A DNA stretch of 64,000 bases, taken from Dimorphilus gyrociliatus. Its lineage: Eukaryota > Animalia > Annelida. The stretch is taken from NCBI GenBank assembly GCA_904063045.1, contig CAJFCJ010000007.1, positions 2,611,404-2,675,403 of the forward strand. Reading direction: 5' to 3'. Shown here one piece after another: positions 36,523 to 55,289 of the stretch. Under the pieces are notes generated by a model. It saw only the letters and a list, made by a program, of their open reading frames with translations, searched no databases and was not told the origin of the DNA. A program made the translations under genes and the position numbers. Position 1 is the first letter of the stretch; each line of letters opens with the position of its first letter.

Positions 36523-37197
36523 GCCGAAAATCTTCTACTAGTCTGAGCCTGAGTGGCAGAAACGAAACAAACAACATTCTGTTACACTTAATACTCATTT
36601 CCAACAGCTTAATATAAAGAAATAAAGAATATAACTAATGCGGGTAGAACTGGGTACTTTATTTCAAAATCAATTAGCATTGTTGAGATAAAACAATGGA
36701 TAATTTTATTGGTGAAAACTGTTCCACTTCCATAGTAATTATAACGATTTAATGAGAAATGATCCTTTATCTATATATCCCTTCGGTTTGATTATCTAAT
36801 TGTTGGATAATGCCCTTCTCCTATTTTTCATTTACTACAAATACTTGTAAAACTAAAGGTAGTATTACTTTCAATCAACAAAATTAAACAGTCACTTAAT
36901 AGTTTTACTTAAAAGTGATGTGTCATTTCACTCTTTTGATAGACTATTTTTATTGAAGTTTTATTCTATTCTACTTTATACTTTTAGAATAGTTTTTTAA
37001 TTGATATCTACTAATCGAATAAAAACAATAACGAAACAGTTAGAAAAGAGAAAACAGAGAGTTTATTGAACTAGCAATTGTTGTAGATTATGTTTTGTCT
37101 GTGTGTGTGTATGTGTTTGAATATTACCAGTCTATTTGACTTATATGTTCAAATTTTTAGCGTATTTTATATATATAATTGACAATATACTGAAAGG

Positions 37198-39177
<1,980 letters not shown>

Positions 39178-39249
39178 TTTTTATGGATTTCAACTAAAAA
39201 CACTACATAAAAAAGTCACGGTGAATTTTTTAAAAGAATTTCTTCAAAA

Positions 39250-39740
39250 GCAGAAAAAATTTAGCAATTTTTCCGCTTCCGCTCTGGCGTAATATTTTAC
39301 ACAGCTTTACGACAACAGATGGCATTGCGTCTCATTCGAACAAAAGCATAAAAATATTAAAGTTTTTTCCAAAACAATATAATTTCCTAACGTAGAAAAT
39401 ATGTCTTATTTTTATATTAATTTAAACTCATTAAATGTCCAATTTTATTTAATTTCTATGGAATAGAATAAGTGTTTAATTAACCGAGATATAAATGCTA
39501 TTTTTCGTGAAACAAGACAAAAACGTTATGTAAAATTTTAAGATTACGTAGCTGAGAGTAGGTTTATAAATTTAAGAGGATAACACATGGAAATTTGAAA
39601 AGTTTTTATTTAGAAAAAATAGTTCCTAATCATGCAGTGTCCGAATTACCGCGCATGCGTACACGGTGCCCGGTAGATTTGCTGTGGATGCTTTGTATTT
39701 AATATAATCTACTGGAAGTGTCTGATTCACACTTGAAGTG
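39250..39740. promoter_or_regulatory. Divergent ATE1/SMARCE1 promoter region
   Basis: Seen: head-to-head ATGs about 560 bp apart, GCGCATGCG at 39651-39659 (NRF-1-like) and TTCCGCTTCCG near 39270 (ETS-like). Function is inferred. Confidence 0.55.
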
Positions 39741-41497
39741 ATGACTTCGGCTCTTAAGAGTGGACCGAATACACCGTTGGGGCGTAAGTAATCATATTTG
39801 ATAGGTTGTAGTCTAAAAATTACAATTATGGTTCCATTCCATATTTACCTAGTCTGGCAAACGCTTTTGTAGCGATAATCGTAGTCTAAAAGAGTTAAAA
39901 TCGCCTATAATTTATGTATCTTACCCTGATTTTTATGCGTATTTTAGAGCGTCTGCGAAGTCCCTTTATGCATCAGAGCCCCCATCCATATCCAATGCCT
40001 ATGGGACAAAATCCATCCATGGTAAGAAATTAATTATCCACCTTTGTCCTTCAATTTTTTTGTTTAGGTACTTTTTCTAAAATACTTATTTCATGTTTGC
40101 TTATAAAATTTAGGCTTACTTCAATCAATCCGGGCAAGTTTCAGCTGCAGTCAACTCTACTCCTCATATGGGTTCTCCTTTTTCTGATAAGAGTCTGGGT
40201 CCTTCGTCGTTTGCCCCAGTTAAGCTAGGAACTAAGGGAGCTGACGTTAGTATTTTAAAATTTAAATAAATATTCATCCAACAAGTTGATTTAATTTTAG
40301 TTAAGAATGCCTAAACCGCCGAAACCTCCAGATAAGCCATTAATGCCATACATGAGATACTCTCGAAAAGTCTGGGATCAAGTTAAAGCCGCGAATAGTG
40401 ACCTTAAGTTGTGGGAAATTGGCAAAATTATCGGGAGTATGTGGAGGGAACTGCCTGAAACAGAAAAACAAGAATACACAGAAGAATACGAGGCAGAGAA
40501 GATTCAATACAATGAAGCGATGAAGCACTATCACAATTCTCCGATGTATCAATCGTATGTTTCTGCTAAATCCAAAGCTCAGGAAGCTCAAGCTGCTGCT
40601 CAGGCTCTTGCAGAGGAAGAGGAAGCAGCGGCAAGGCGAGGCAAAAAGATAACTGATACAAGAATTTGCATTCAGTCTGCCGAAGACGAAGATGAGCCCC
40701 TTGATGACGGCCTGTGGGAAAAACATCTTTCGTCTGCTCGCTATCAAAGAAATCACAGACTTATTAATGAAATTTTAGGAGAAACTGTTGTTCCTGATAT
40801 GAGAACAGTTGTTACAACGAGCAGGTTAGCAGTATTGAAGCGCCAAGTTCTATCCTTGATAACCCATCAAAAGAAACTAGAAATGGAGCTGGAGAATCTT
40901 ACAAAACAACACAATGGCCGAAAAAGACTTATAGTTGAAGCATCCGAAAACTTTGGCAGGAAATGGAAAAAATTATGCGATAATGTTCCAGCAATGGACG
41001 AAGACGTCTTTGAGGATAGAGTTGAAAATTATATGGAAGAATTAAGAAAAGAGAAAATGGCACAGGTGAACGGAAATGATTACACAGAGAGTATTGGCCA
41101 GGAAGAAATTTCTTTGAAGAACGGTGTAGATCACTCAAAAAATAACGGAATTGACGAAGCACCAAAAGTAAATGGAATTGAGCATCCTCAAAATAACGGG
41201 GGGGAGGCTTTAGAGAAAGTACAGGAAGAACCAGAAGCAAAAAAAGATGAAATGGAAAAAGAGATTGAAACAACAGAAACAACGGCAACTGAGAGTCCTC
41301 AAGTAAACGGAATTAAGCACGATGAAAAGGATGACAAGGAACAAATTGAGAATGACGAAAAGGCACACATTGAAAATAGCGAAAAAAAAGAGCAAATTGA
41401 AACTAATGAGCAAGAACTTCCAAAAAAGGAGGAAGAAAAGATGGATGAAAGTGAAAGCGTTGAAAATTCTACAGAGAACAACGCTCAACAACCCTGA
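39741..41497 (+). CDS. SMARCE1: SWI/SNF subunit BAF57 (HMG box + coiled coil + acidic tail)
   Basis: Seen: PKPPDKPLMPYMRYSRKVWDQVKA..DLKLWEIGKIIG.MWREL, ARYQRNHRLINEI, VVPDMRTVVTT.RL.VLKRQV.SL..HQKKLE. Three short 5' exons splice in frame. Confidence 0.96.
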
Positions 41498-41951
41498 AAA
41501 TTTGTCACTGTTGAACAAGATTCTATTTTTATATAGGATAAAGTGTTATTGTTTTTTTTTTATTTTATAAGAGGAACAATAATTATTTTGTAGTGTACCT
41601 GTATTTCCTATTGAATGGACGGTGTCGTCATCATGGAAAATAAAGAAGTTTATGTATATTTATTAGATTTTGCATTTATCAAATTTTATAAAACATAGCT
41701 TTTTTTTATTACCAGATGCTCGATTTTATTGATTCTAAACAAAGTTAACATTGAAAATCTAATAAATGAGTAATTTGGAAGCTTTTATATTCAAAAGTGT
41801 CTTTTTTTTATTCATTTTTATTGTTATTCTTTTTCATAGAAATAGATTACAAAAAAAAATATTCAACTTTTAATATTTAATGATAAATTAAAGAACATCA
41901 TTTAAAAATTTCAAAAAGTAAAGGAAAGTACCGAAAAAGAAAAGGAAAAAA

Positions 41952-42466
41952 ATGTCAACCATCAATTCGTTTAGGCGTGATACAAATACTGATGAGAATA
42001 GAACAAGAATTTTAAGGGGAGTATCGGAAATAAGGGTAAACAATTTGGCTGAAATACAATATAAGTTACAAATTGATCACTTGCAAAAAACATCAAGAAT
42101 GAGACGTCAAATTAGGCAGATGTTAATGCGTTATCGTACGGCCACAAAGAAAATTGATGCAATGAATTGGGAACTAACAGATCTAGCTTTGCAAGTAAAA
42201 TACAAATTTTAAAAAATATAGATGGCGTAGCTAATCGCTTAATATAATTGAAGCTTTGCATGTTAAAAGTTGCGGCAAAAGTTCGAGAGGACGAGATTGC
42301 ATACTACGAGAAAATTGTACGAGATGTTAGAATTAAAAATTTTGAATCTCATCTAATTGGTAACTCTCATAAGCTAACAATACTTGAGAATGCAAAAGAT
42401 GATCCGTCAGAATACGAGTCTGTTAAAAATAAACTAGCTAAAAGACAACAAAATAGTAAAATGTGA
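41952..42466 (+). CDS. Orphan ~150-aa helical/coiled-coil protein, 2 exons
   Basis: Seen: ORFs 41952-42212 and 42248-42466 join in phase 0 (CAA|gtaaaa...gaag|CTT). No family recognised. Confidence 0.55.
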
Positions 42467-42838
42467 TATCTATTATATTAAACATAGTATTGCATGAAAA
42501 TACATAAATATATTGTCATTATTCTATTGTATTAACACCGAGTATATAACTAAGATATTCAAAAATTGACAAGAGAAGAGAACAGAGAACATTTTAGCCT
42601 GTTTTTTTTTTAAACATTCTACATATTTTTTTTGTGCAGACAATCATCTAATAAAAAACAAAGTAACAGTTTAAAGATAGATACTCTTCAATTGTTTATG
42701 TTATTGTTATCGCGTTATCAAAAAAAAAGTTCTTTAAATAAATAATTTAGCAATCGCCTATGAGCAATAAGGGGTGAGTGGTACAGTAGGTCTTGAACTA
42801 CATATTGATCGAATTCGAATTTATTGGCCATGAGACTA

Positions 42839-44110
42839 TTAATATGTTTGGCTGAAATTTTGGAATATATACTTCTCCTTTAAACGTTTCTCTTTTATAG
42901 AAGCTTTACAAAATTCCATTTCCATGTTTAAAACATCCATTTCCAAATTGATCTTATTCTCGTATTCTTTCCAATAGTTGAATAATATTCGTAAATGGGT
43001 CAAACATTGCTTTCCCTTTAGACTGGTAGCTAATAATTCGTATGTGATATATATTCGTTGAATTATGCATTTTAGATCATTCCAACAGTTTGATAATCTG
43101 ATTCTATCCGATTCCTTCTCTTTTAAAAACAGCAGTTTATTTTTCTATTTTGAACAGTTTTTTACTATATAAAGGTATAAATTTATATATTTCAATATAT
43201 AACTTACATCGCTAGTGTTGAGTGACGTCATTATAATTCTTTTCAAGTTTTTGAGTTCTTCCTTCAAACTGTCATTTTTAAGTAACTCTTCTTCAAGTCG
43301 AGGTTGATATAAAATCACCTCATCAATGTCTTTTTCATCACTAATATTAATAGTTAAACGTTCTATGTTTTGTGAATGTTCTTTTAGAGCATCAAACGCT
43401 GATCTCGTAAAAATATTACGAGATTTAAAAATATCAACCTTCTTTCGAAGTCTTTTGATCAATTTATCTTTCTTTGCCAAACGTTTCTTAACTTCATCTA
43501 AAAGTTCCTCATTCGAAATTTGACATGCAAAGTGTTTCTTAGAAGAAATACTTGAAGTTCGAGAGGGATTTGAAGTATTTCTATAGTTATAATTATGCCT
43601 TTCTCCTCTTTCAAAAGAATGATTTATTTCCTTCCCTTTCGTCCTTTTCTCTTTCTTCCTATGCTGGATATTATTATCCTCATCTATTTCCTTTATTGGA
43701 TTTGAAACATTGAATGAATAATTAACCGTTTCGTAATATTCAGTTTTATCTTCTTCCTTTTCGGAAATCTTTGTATTTTGGCGGGAGACGTTCAACTCAC
43801 TAACGCAATCTTCAAAATCAAAACCCTTTGATATTTCCCTATCAAAGATATTCTTATCATTTACAATTAAACTGGAATTGATTGCATTTTCTTTATCATC
43901 AAATGAAAAATGATGCTTTATAAAATTTGTAACGTTATAATTATTGTCTAATAAGGAAGTTATATTGTCAGATAAATCTGACCTATATTTAATAGGTAGC
44001 CATTTTTGAGGTTTTGTCAAAGAAAACTTCAGTTTCTTTCTTCTAAAGTAAGCATTGTCTTCAATAAAATTTCTATAATTAATACTAGAAGTTGAGTGAC
44101 TCTTTCTCAT
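42839..44110 (-). CDS. Orphan ~400-aa protein, 2 exons
   Basis: Seen: a 321-aa ORF with a GAT|gtaagt donor, then a second open exon of about 100 codons (KNKLLFLKEKESDRIRL...FSQTY*) that is absent from the ORF track. Confidence 0.65.
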
Positions 44111-44499
44111 AATAGGTTTTTATTCATTTCCGGTTATATACCTATATAAAAGAAGAATAATAGAACATTTTCCAAAAGAACAACAGCGAAAAAAAAATTA
44201 AATATGTAGATTTTTAAATATTTAAATTTATTAATTAATTGATAAATTAATTGAAAAAATTGAATGATCATTATATATATTTTTTTAAATTATTAATGAG
44301 AAGTGCTGAAAAGTGTAACAACTGTTCATTTTAAGCGATCAGCTCATCATTTAAATTTGGCCTATATTCTGAGTCAATACGGAATTAGTAATACTATATT
44401 GTATTTGTGCCGCCATTTATTAAAGATAACATAGGGGAATATGTGAAAAAAAATAGAAATTATAGTTAAACTATAAATAATAATAGTGTGCTGATCCCC

Positions 44500-44650
44500 C
44501 CGTTAGTCGATACGCCTCCTGCCCTCATTTCCGAGCCGCCATTTCCCCATATAAAAAAATGTGAATCCGCCCCCTCAATGTCTTTCTGCGTTCGATATAA
44601 TACACGTAATAATCACGTGGTGGTTCACCGTACGAGATCCGTGTCGTTAG
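44500..44650. promoter_or_regulatory. GC-rich divergent promoter with YY1-like, GC-box and E-box motifs
   Basis: Seen: GCCGCCATTT 44535-44544, TCCGCCCC 44566-44573 and CACGTG 44614-44619, forming a GC island between head-to-head genes. Confidence 0.6.
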
Positions 44651-44728
44651 ATAGGTCATGATAAATATTTTCAAACATCTTTAGTCATAGAAACGTTAAT
44701 ATTGGAATATAATATTTTAGAGCAGATC

Positions 44729-45520
44729 ATGATCGGATATATTTTTGTAGCCTGTTATACTAGTTTGTTTTGGTTACTTTACAAGCCAGTTATACCAAAA
44801 TTGTCGGCAGCTATAAGTAACTCTTTCAGGAATTTAGACAAACATCAAAAGAGAATATGGAGCGAAAATGCTGTATCAACAATACACGCTGTCGTTGTGT
44901 TTTTACTGTCTGTTTGGAATCTGCTATTCGACAAGGTGACCCTTGAACAACCCGTTCTCGGAGCCGGCTGGGCTGTTGTCCATCTGGCCGCAATAGCAGC
45001 TGCATTCATGATAGTTGATATTGGTATTATGCTGTCGGTTGGTGACCGCTCTGTCTTCTTTTACTTTCATCATTTATCTGTCGCTTTTGCCTGTATATTT
45101 TGCCTAATTGAAGGAAGATTCTGCCCATGGTTCTCTTCTCTAAAGTCATTAAGTGAAGCATCGACGCCTTTTGTTCATGCGAATTGGTTCTTGAAGGTTA
45201 CTGGTGTATCAGAAAGTAGCGTTTTATCCAAGCTCTTGACATATGTGGTTTTCACATTGTGTAGAATACTAGTTATTCCATTTTTTTGGTTTTATGCATA
45301 CGTCTACTGGGATGAGGGTTGGTCTATTAGTAAAACTTGGATTCTTGTCCTATTATCCAGCCTTGCTTTGGATCTGCTTAATATTCGGTGGTGGATACAA
45401 ATGACTGCTAAGTTTGTTTATTTTATTAAATGCAAATTATTTGGGTCTAATTATGATGACAAAAAACATGAATTATCGTCTGCTGTTTATTGTGAAAATC
45501 CTGAAAAGAAAGAAACTTAG
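44729..45520 (+). CDS. TLC (TRAM/LAG1/CLN8) domain multi-pass membrane protein, TLCD4/TMEM56-like; intronless CDS
   Basis: Seen: W...VSTIHAVV, FYFHHLS, LSEASTPFVHANWFL, FTLCRIL, LNIRWW, with multiple TM helices. The ATG at 44729 is inferred. Confidence 0.85.
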   Translation: MIGYIFVACYTSLFWLLYKPVIPKLSAAISNSFRNLDKHQKRIWSENAVSTIHAVVVFLLSVWNLLFDKVTLEQPVLGAGWAVVHLAAIAAAFMIVDIGIMLSVGDRSVFFYFHHLSVAFACIFCLIEGRFCPWFSSLKSLSEASTPFVHANWFLKVTGVSESSVLSKLLTYVVFTLCRILVIPFFWFYAYVYWDEGWSISKTWILVLLSSLALDLLNIRWWIQMTAKFVYFIKCKLFGSNYDDKKHELSSAVYCENPEKKET

Positions 45521-45734
45521 ACCTAATACAAAATACAATGAATTTTTATTTTCTTACATTAATTGTCCGATTTATTCAAAAATACACATATCTGGTAGAA
45601 CGGATTCGTTATTCAATAGAGGTATATTGAACGTATGAGGTTAGGCCTGTTCTTCACTCTTTTACAATTGTACCTAACAAGGGTGGGGCGAACAAGTTAC
45701 AAAAGTAGTTGTAGCTCCCGTGCTTAGAGCCGCG

Positions 45735-46712
45735 ATGCTAAAGTTACTTACTCTACTCATTGTTGCTGGTCTTCTTGGCTTTGTAGAATCAGGTAATGAA
45801 TGAAAAGTTACTTCTCTCAAGAGTCTGGCCTTTCCAATATAAGATTTCAATTTAAAAATTCCTTTTACATATATAGATTCAGTATGTGGTGACAAAGTGT
45901 GCGAAAACGGAGGTGTTTGTTCGCAGAATACTTGCTTGTGTAATAATGATTACGAAGGAACTACCTGCTCTAAGAAGAAATTGACTACTGTTGCTCTGAT
46001 TGCTATTATTCTTATTTGTATTTTTCTTTTGCTTGCTGTGCTAATAACGGTGTGTATAATAAAACGACGAAAGGGGAGACAACAAGTTCCTCTGATTGAC
46101 AAGGAATCAAGAAGATCCAACTACAATGACGAAGAAGAGCCCAGGATTAACATAGCTGAAGCGGATATTCAAGAGAATTTGAGAAAGCACTCTAAAAACC
46201 AGCAAGTACCCGTAAGTACAATCTCTGAACCAGGAGCCTCTAGGCCAGTTTTGACAAGTTTAAGCCAAGATGAACCATACTCAAGAAACTCTCAACAGCC
46301 AAAATCCTCAATTTTAGCCAAACCAGAGCATTCAAATTCAGTAGTTACGCCTCCTAAGTTAGAGACAAATAGAACAACAGCTGAAATACCTTTAAGAAAA
46401 CCACAAAATTCTGTACATGATCAATCGGATATTATTCGCCGTGAAAGACCAGTACCGGCTAAACGTGTTCTAGCTGATCAGAATTCAACAATAGGTTCAT
46501 CTGTAAAAATGCACTCGGGCGAACCACTAGCTCCAGTTAATTACCTAACACCAAGATCAACCACAAGCACAAATTCAACAACAGACTATTTCAGCACTGG
46601 TGCATCATTTTGGTATCCAGCCTACGTTGGAGGACCAACAGGCGGTATGGGAAGCTCACTTATGATGGTGGGAAGTTCTACTTCTTTAACCAAAGTTCCA
46701 TCTCGAAAGTAA
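45735..46712 (+). CDS. Type I membrane protein: signal peptide, single EGF repeat, TM, long cytoplasmic tail
   Basis: Seen: MLKLLTLLIVAGLLGFVES|DSVCGDKVCENGGVCSQNTCLCNNDYEGTTC (6-Cys EGF), TM VALIAIILICIFLLLAVLITVCII, then KRRK. Confidence 0.85.
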
Positions 46713-47511
46713 ACTTCTCTGAAAAAAGTGAAAAAGAAAAAGCGTTCAATAGTATATAAAAAGAAATATCACACTTACGTAATTTACAAATAGATTAACT
46801 TTTTTCCTATATATCTCTATTTATATCATATGCTTCAAAATCAGAGAAATTCTGCAACAATATATAAATGGGTATGTGTATTATTTATAGGGAAGGACAC
46901 TTTTATTTTTTTGATTTAACATATTTATCGCATTTTATCACCGCCATTTTGATAAAGAACATAGGAAAATATATTCTAAAAAAAAAAACAAATATCTAAG
47001 CAAATTAAGGAATATAGGTTGCATTACAAAATTTTAAATGATGCGTGTAAATAAAAGGCAGATATTTAATATTTCACTTCTCATATTCTACATAAAATCA
47101 CAATGTCATTGAAAGATAAATGATATACAATCGTGATGTTAAGTAATTGTTACAACTGTAAAAATTTCTCAAAATCTAATTTTCTTAATTTACAAATTAA
47201 CTTTAAGGTCTTGAATATTTTCTTCTGTAGGATAAATAATTTGCGAAATATTTCACTCTTTTCCACAATACTGTAAACTTCATCAGCTATTAAGTAATTG
47301 TAACACCGTCGACTGGACCTTACAAATTAAGAGTTGTGTCGTCAAAAACATAATCGACCTGTAAAAATTTTATATTTATACTGTATATATATATATATAA
47401 AACAATTAAAAAATTATCAGTGTTAAAATCTTGATTCTCCCTTTTTTCAAAGTTTGAGTCATATTTGTTGTTTGGTTGTTTGTTTAAAAATTGATAAATC
47501 GGGCGAAAGAT

Positions 47512-49229
47512 TTAAATGTTTCGCTTTTGTAAGTGTAAGTACATTCCATTCTCTGTTCTCATAACAACACTCATTTTCCTTTTTACTGGAACAGTCTCGT
47601 CCAATGTGAATTCAAATCTTCTTAAGATACGAGCAGTAATTACTCTCAATTCGTCCATAGCGAAGTTCTGACCAATACAATTTCTTGGTCCAGCCGAAAA
47701 TGGGCAAAATGCGTAAGGATCTCGATGTTTGTTATTCTCAGGTAAAAACCTTTCTGGATCGTAAATTTCTGGTGTTTCCCAAACGTGAGGATTGTTATGT
47801 AAACTCCAAAGTGCTATTTCTATGACACAACTTTTCGGCAGAGTAACTCCTTTGATTGTTAAAGGTGAGTTTAACTCTCGAAGAATAGACGGTACCGGGG
47901 AGTGAAGTCGAAGAGCTTCTTTTATACATCTAGTTGTATATTCAAGTTTATCCATATCTTCCCATAATATTTCATCACTATCTCTATCTTCAAGTAATTC
48001 GTCAACCTCCATTCTGCAACGTTCTTGAAATTTTTTATGCACAGCTAATGAATATATAATCCATGTTAGAGCACTTGAAGTAGTATCGTGTCCTTCGAAT
48101 AGGAACGTGTCAACTTCACATCGAATATCATAATCAGTCATTCCTTTTCCTTGTTCATCACGTGCCATGAGAAGGATATCTAAAAAGTCTTGATATCTTC
48201 CTCTACCTTTCAGAGCTTTTTCTCCTTCAGTCTCCAAGACTTTCTTCCGTTTTTGTATTATTCCATCAGTAATGCCGTGAACGTAGTCGCAAAGTTTATT
48301 AAATTTCCTACCAGCCGAAGTCCAATAGAAAATACTATCAGGAAAAAACCACGGACTCATGGATCTATCAGTCCATATTTGGCATAATTCGTTGACAGCC
48401 ATAACGTAAGGATTTGTTTTCCTATTATGGTTTACAGTAATATTAAACATAGTCTTAATAAAGTGATCGTTGTTTACATACCCTTCCTTTTGTATGGTAT
48501 TTTCATAAGACATAGCGCAACGAAGCATAATGTCTAGGGTACATTGACTAATATTGGATGTAAATTCGAAACTTTCACCAGAATTGGAACAGTTCTCCAT
48601 TTTCTCCTAAAATTTTTAGTTATATTTAAAATAATGTCTTTAAGTTATTAATATTGGCTTACCAATAATAAATCAGTCGCCTGATTATTAACTTTCATGT
48701 AAGGTTTTAATATTTCAAAATGAAATGCTGGGGTTAAAAGTCTTCTCGATCTAATCCATCTTTTTCCATCAGCAAATAAAAGGCCAAGACCCAACCATTT
48801 TATTCCAAAGTAATAAGGTGTACCAGGCTTAAGAGGTTTAGGATGACTCGTTTTCAGAATAATCTTTGCAGTTTCGGGATGATACACAGCTATGATTGGA
48901 AAAAATTTTGTCATCCAGACTGATCTCCAAAATGGAAAGATTTTCATCTGTTTCAGAAAATTCATTAATAAAATAGAGTAAACTTTTCGAAACGATCATA
49001 CTTTTTCCATTATATATAACAAACCAGCTTCGTTAAGACCTGGAAATTTGAAAACTTCACCAAAAATTCCCTGTTTGTTGTCCGGAATATGTTTCATAAT
49101 GGACCGTTTCTTGGAACCAGAGTTGTACAACGAAATAATTTCAACAGAGACATACGTAACAACGATTGCAACGGCAGCGCTTGCTCCAACTAAAATCGTT
49201 GTTGTAGGACTTAAATTTATTGTGTTCAT
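47512..49229 (-). CDS. Cytochrome P450, CYP4 clan, 3 exons
   Basis: Seen: WIRSRRLLTPAFHF, EVDTFLFEGHDTT, KEALR, PERF, FSAGPRNCIG (heme Cys) and an N-terminal anchor. Confidence 0.97.
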
Positions 49230-50000
49230 ATCTCCGCAAAATCTGTCTCTTAAGAAAGAGGTACCGCTATTTATAAGCCAATTTTTTTGACCTTTATAGA
49301 AAAGTCTGGTTCACTATTCCTCATTTTCAGGAATTTGGCATAATTTGGTGACCTTGAAAAGAATTGAAGAAATAGATATAAACTTATTCTTATATAATTG
49401 AATATAAATCATGTATAAATTCACGATTTGTGAAATAAAATAACTATTTTACAGTGTGTACCTAATTTACTTTGAAGAATAAATAAGAAGTTTAGTAAAC
49501 TGTTCTAAATTCCATAAATTTTACTATAGTCTTGTTATTCCTAAAACTCGTTAATGTAGTCTGAAAATATCTATGAAAAAAAAGGAAAAAACAACAAAAG
49601 TGGTAATATTTTGGTTTCTCAATAGTGTACTTAAAACTAAAATTGAAATATACTATATAAAACATTTAATTTTTACTATACTCAATAGATGGCGTATAAT
49701 ACCTGTATTATATTTCTGTGTAAGAACGTAAGAATAATTTTTATATTTGGGTATTAAGTTTTCGTACCTTATTGTCTTTTGTTCTTAATGTTTAAAGAAA
49801 AAAGGGACGAAAAAAAAGAATAATAAATAATTTCCTCGGAATCCAAATAATCAACAACAGAAATGGAGAAAAAACTGAATTTAACTATTATTTTTTTTTA
49901 GCTACTTTGAATAGAGAAACTGATCATGTACAATTATCAATTAGACATAAAATATAAACATAATTTCTTATATATAAAGTATGCTTTGTAATTATATTTT

Positions 50001-53616
<3,616 letters not shown>

Positions 53617-55289
53617 ACCGCTACGTTAATTGGAGTGTCAATTCCCTTTATAATTTTTTTCAACAAATTTTCATTACTGGACTCAATTTTCGTGTTTTGT
53701 TTATCGCAGTGTCAAACTTCCGTTTCCGGTTTTAAAAGGCTGACATCGATTCCAACATATCGAAGAAATTCGATCATAAAGCTCACTCGATATTATCCGA
53801 TATGTAATATGAAAGTAAATTTTTCAATTTGTTTATGACATTAAACCCTTCCCTTCAACAACACGGAACTTGAACAATGAAAATCAATATAATTACATAT
53901 TTTCAAAATCTTTAAACTTTGTAACAAAAAAATTGAAGACATTTTTCAAAATTTATCATTTTTTTCACCTACTTTTTAGTAGTCAAAGTTACAATACTTA
54001 ATAAATTATTGTTGTTTATCGTTTGTTGAGTACAAATAATAATAGAAAATATGAATATTTTAATAATAGAAAAAACTGGTAAAAAAATCAATTTAAAGAG
54101 AAATGCCAATATTAATATATAAAGTTCTTCTAAATACATTAATTCTTGAATTTAAATGCCGGATATCAGTAATAAAATTCAAATAAAACATTCTTTGTTA
54201 AACAATGTAAATTTACTGATATACTTTAATTTGTGTTATAAAATATTATTGAATAATATAGATATTTTTTACAAATTGTCTATTCTTCTATTTTAGTAAT
54301 CAATTGTTTAATAATTGATTTATAAGTATCAATGAAAATGTTTATGATATTTTCCCCTCGATTCATTTCTATTTTTCTTCCACTGTACACAGTGTTCTTG
54401 AGTAATATTCTCAATATAATATCTTGAAATGGGGGCAAATATTTGGCTATTAATAATCGTGTTCATATTGCTCTCATTTTTGAATTTAATCAACTAAAAA
54501 GAATGTCAAAAAAATAAAGATTATGTTACAAATGAGAATGTTTTATATTTTATATAAAAGTGAAAGGGTGAAAACCAGTCTAATTCGGAAAAGTTGAAAT
54601 AGACTACTCAACACTTTCTAAATATTTTAAACATTATAGAAACATTGATAATCTATATACTGTATATAGATAATATAGCTAGACTAAGAAAGTAGAATCC
54701 AATAAGATATATTTTATTCAATTAAATTAGAAAATGAAACTCAAAATGTCTTTATCATTGTTTTATAGAAAAAGCTAAAGCTTTTGTATTCAATTCTGGA
54801 TGAAGGTTTTTAAATTTTTACCAATTTTGTTTTGGTTACGGTAAAAATCTAATCAATAGTGTTGAGAAATTCGCAAATAGCCATTCTTAAGGGCTCGCTG
54901 CATTGCCCAATGTGTGTTTGAATAACAAGAAATTTAGCTGACATATAAGAAAATTCACTTTGTTCTCAGAATATTAAAAGTTTATATCCAGTCGATTCTG
55001 TTATTAAATTAGCACAACTATAAAAAGGAAATAAGGTAAATTTTAAGTCCTAAGTAAAACTTTAGTAGTATTACAAATTGAACATTTAGCTGAATGAGTT
55101 TCCTTATGTTAAATTATAGGTAAATACATTCAATTAATCAATTTCTCTAGTTTATCAAGAGTTGCTCTGCAGTTTGACGTATCCAAGGATACTAGAAAAC
55201 AATATCGAATTTTTCCTGAATAGCTTTTCCTCTAGAACAACATCCATAATGTGCAATTGCTTTGAATTATTTCATAAATCCTTTTAGTT

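Noticed and set aside
40340-41570. Several overlapping or antisense ORFs over SMARCE1 (similar ones over DHX8, PLEKHH, TOMM70, CYP4 and the large coiled-coil gene)
   Set aside because: These are shadow ORFs expected from the codon bias of the real gene, with no independent start/splice context or motifs.
53900-55250. Largest AT-rich gap as a possible hidden gene or transposon
   Set aside because: I found only ORFs of about 30 codons, and no terminal repeats, target-site duplications or protein motifs.
55178-55287. GTATCC.. resembling a U12-type donor upstream of the HAD-like gene
   Set aside because: The donor is GTATCCAA rather than RTATCCTT, and there is no TCCTTAAC branch site at the right spacing. 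I saw no convincing minor intron in the window.
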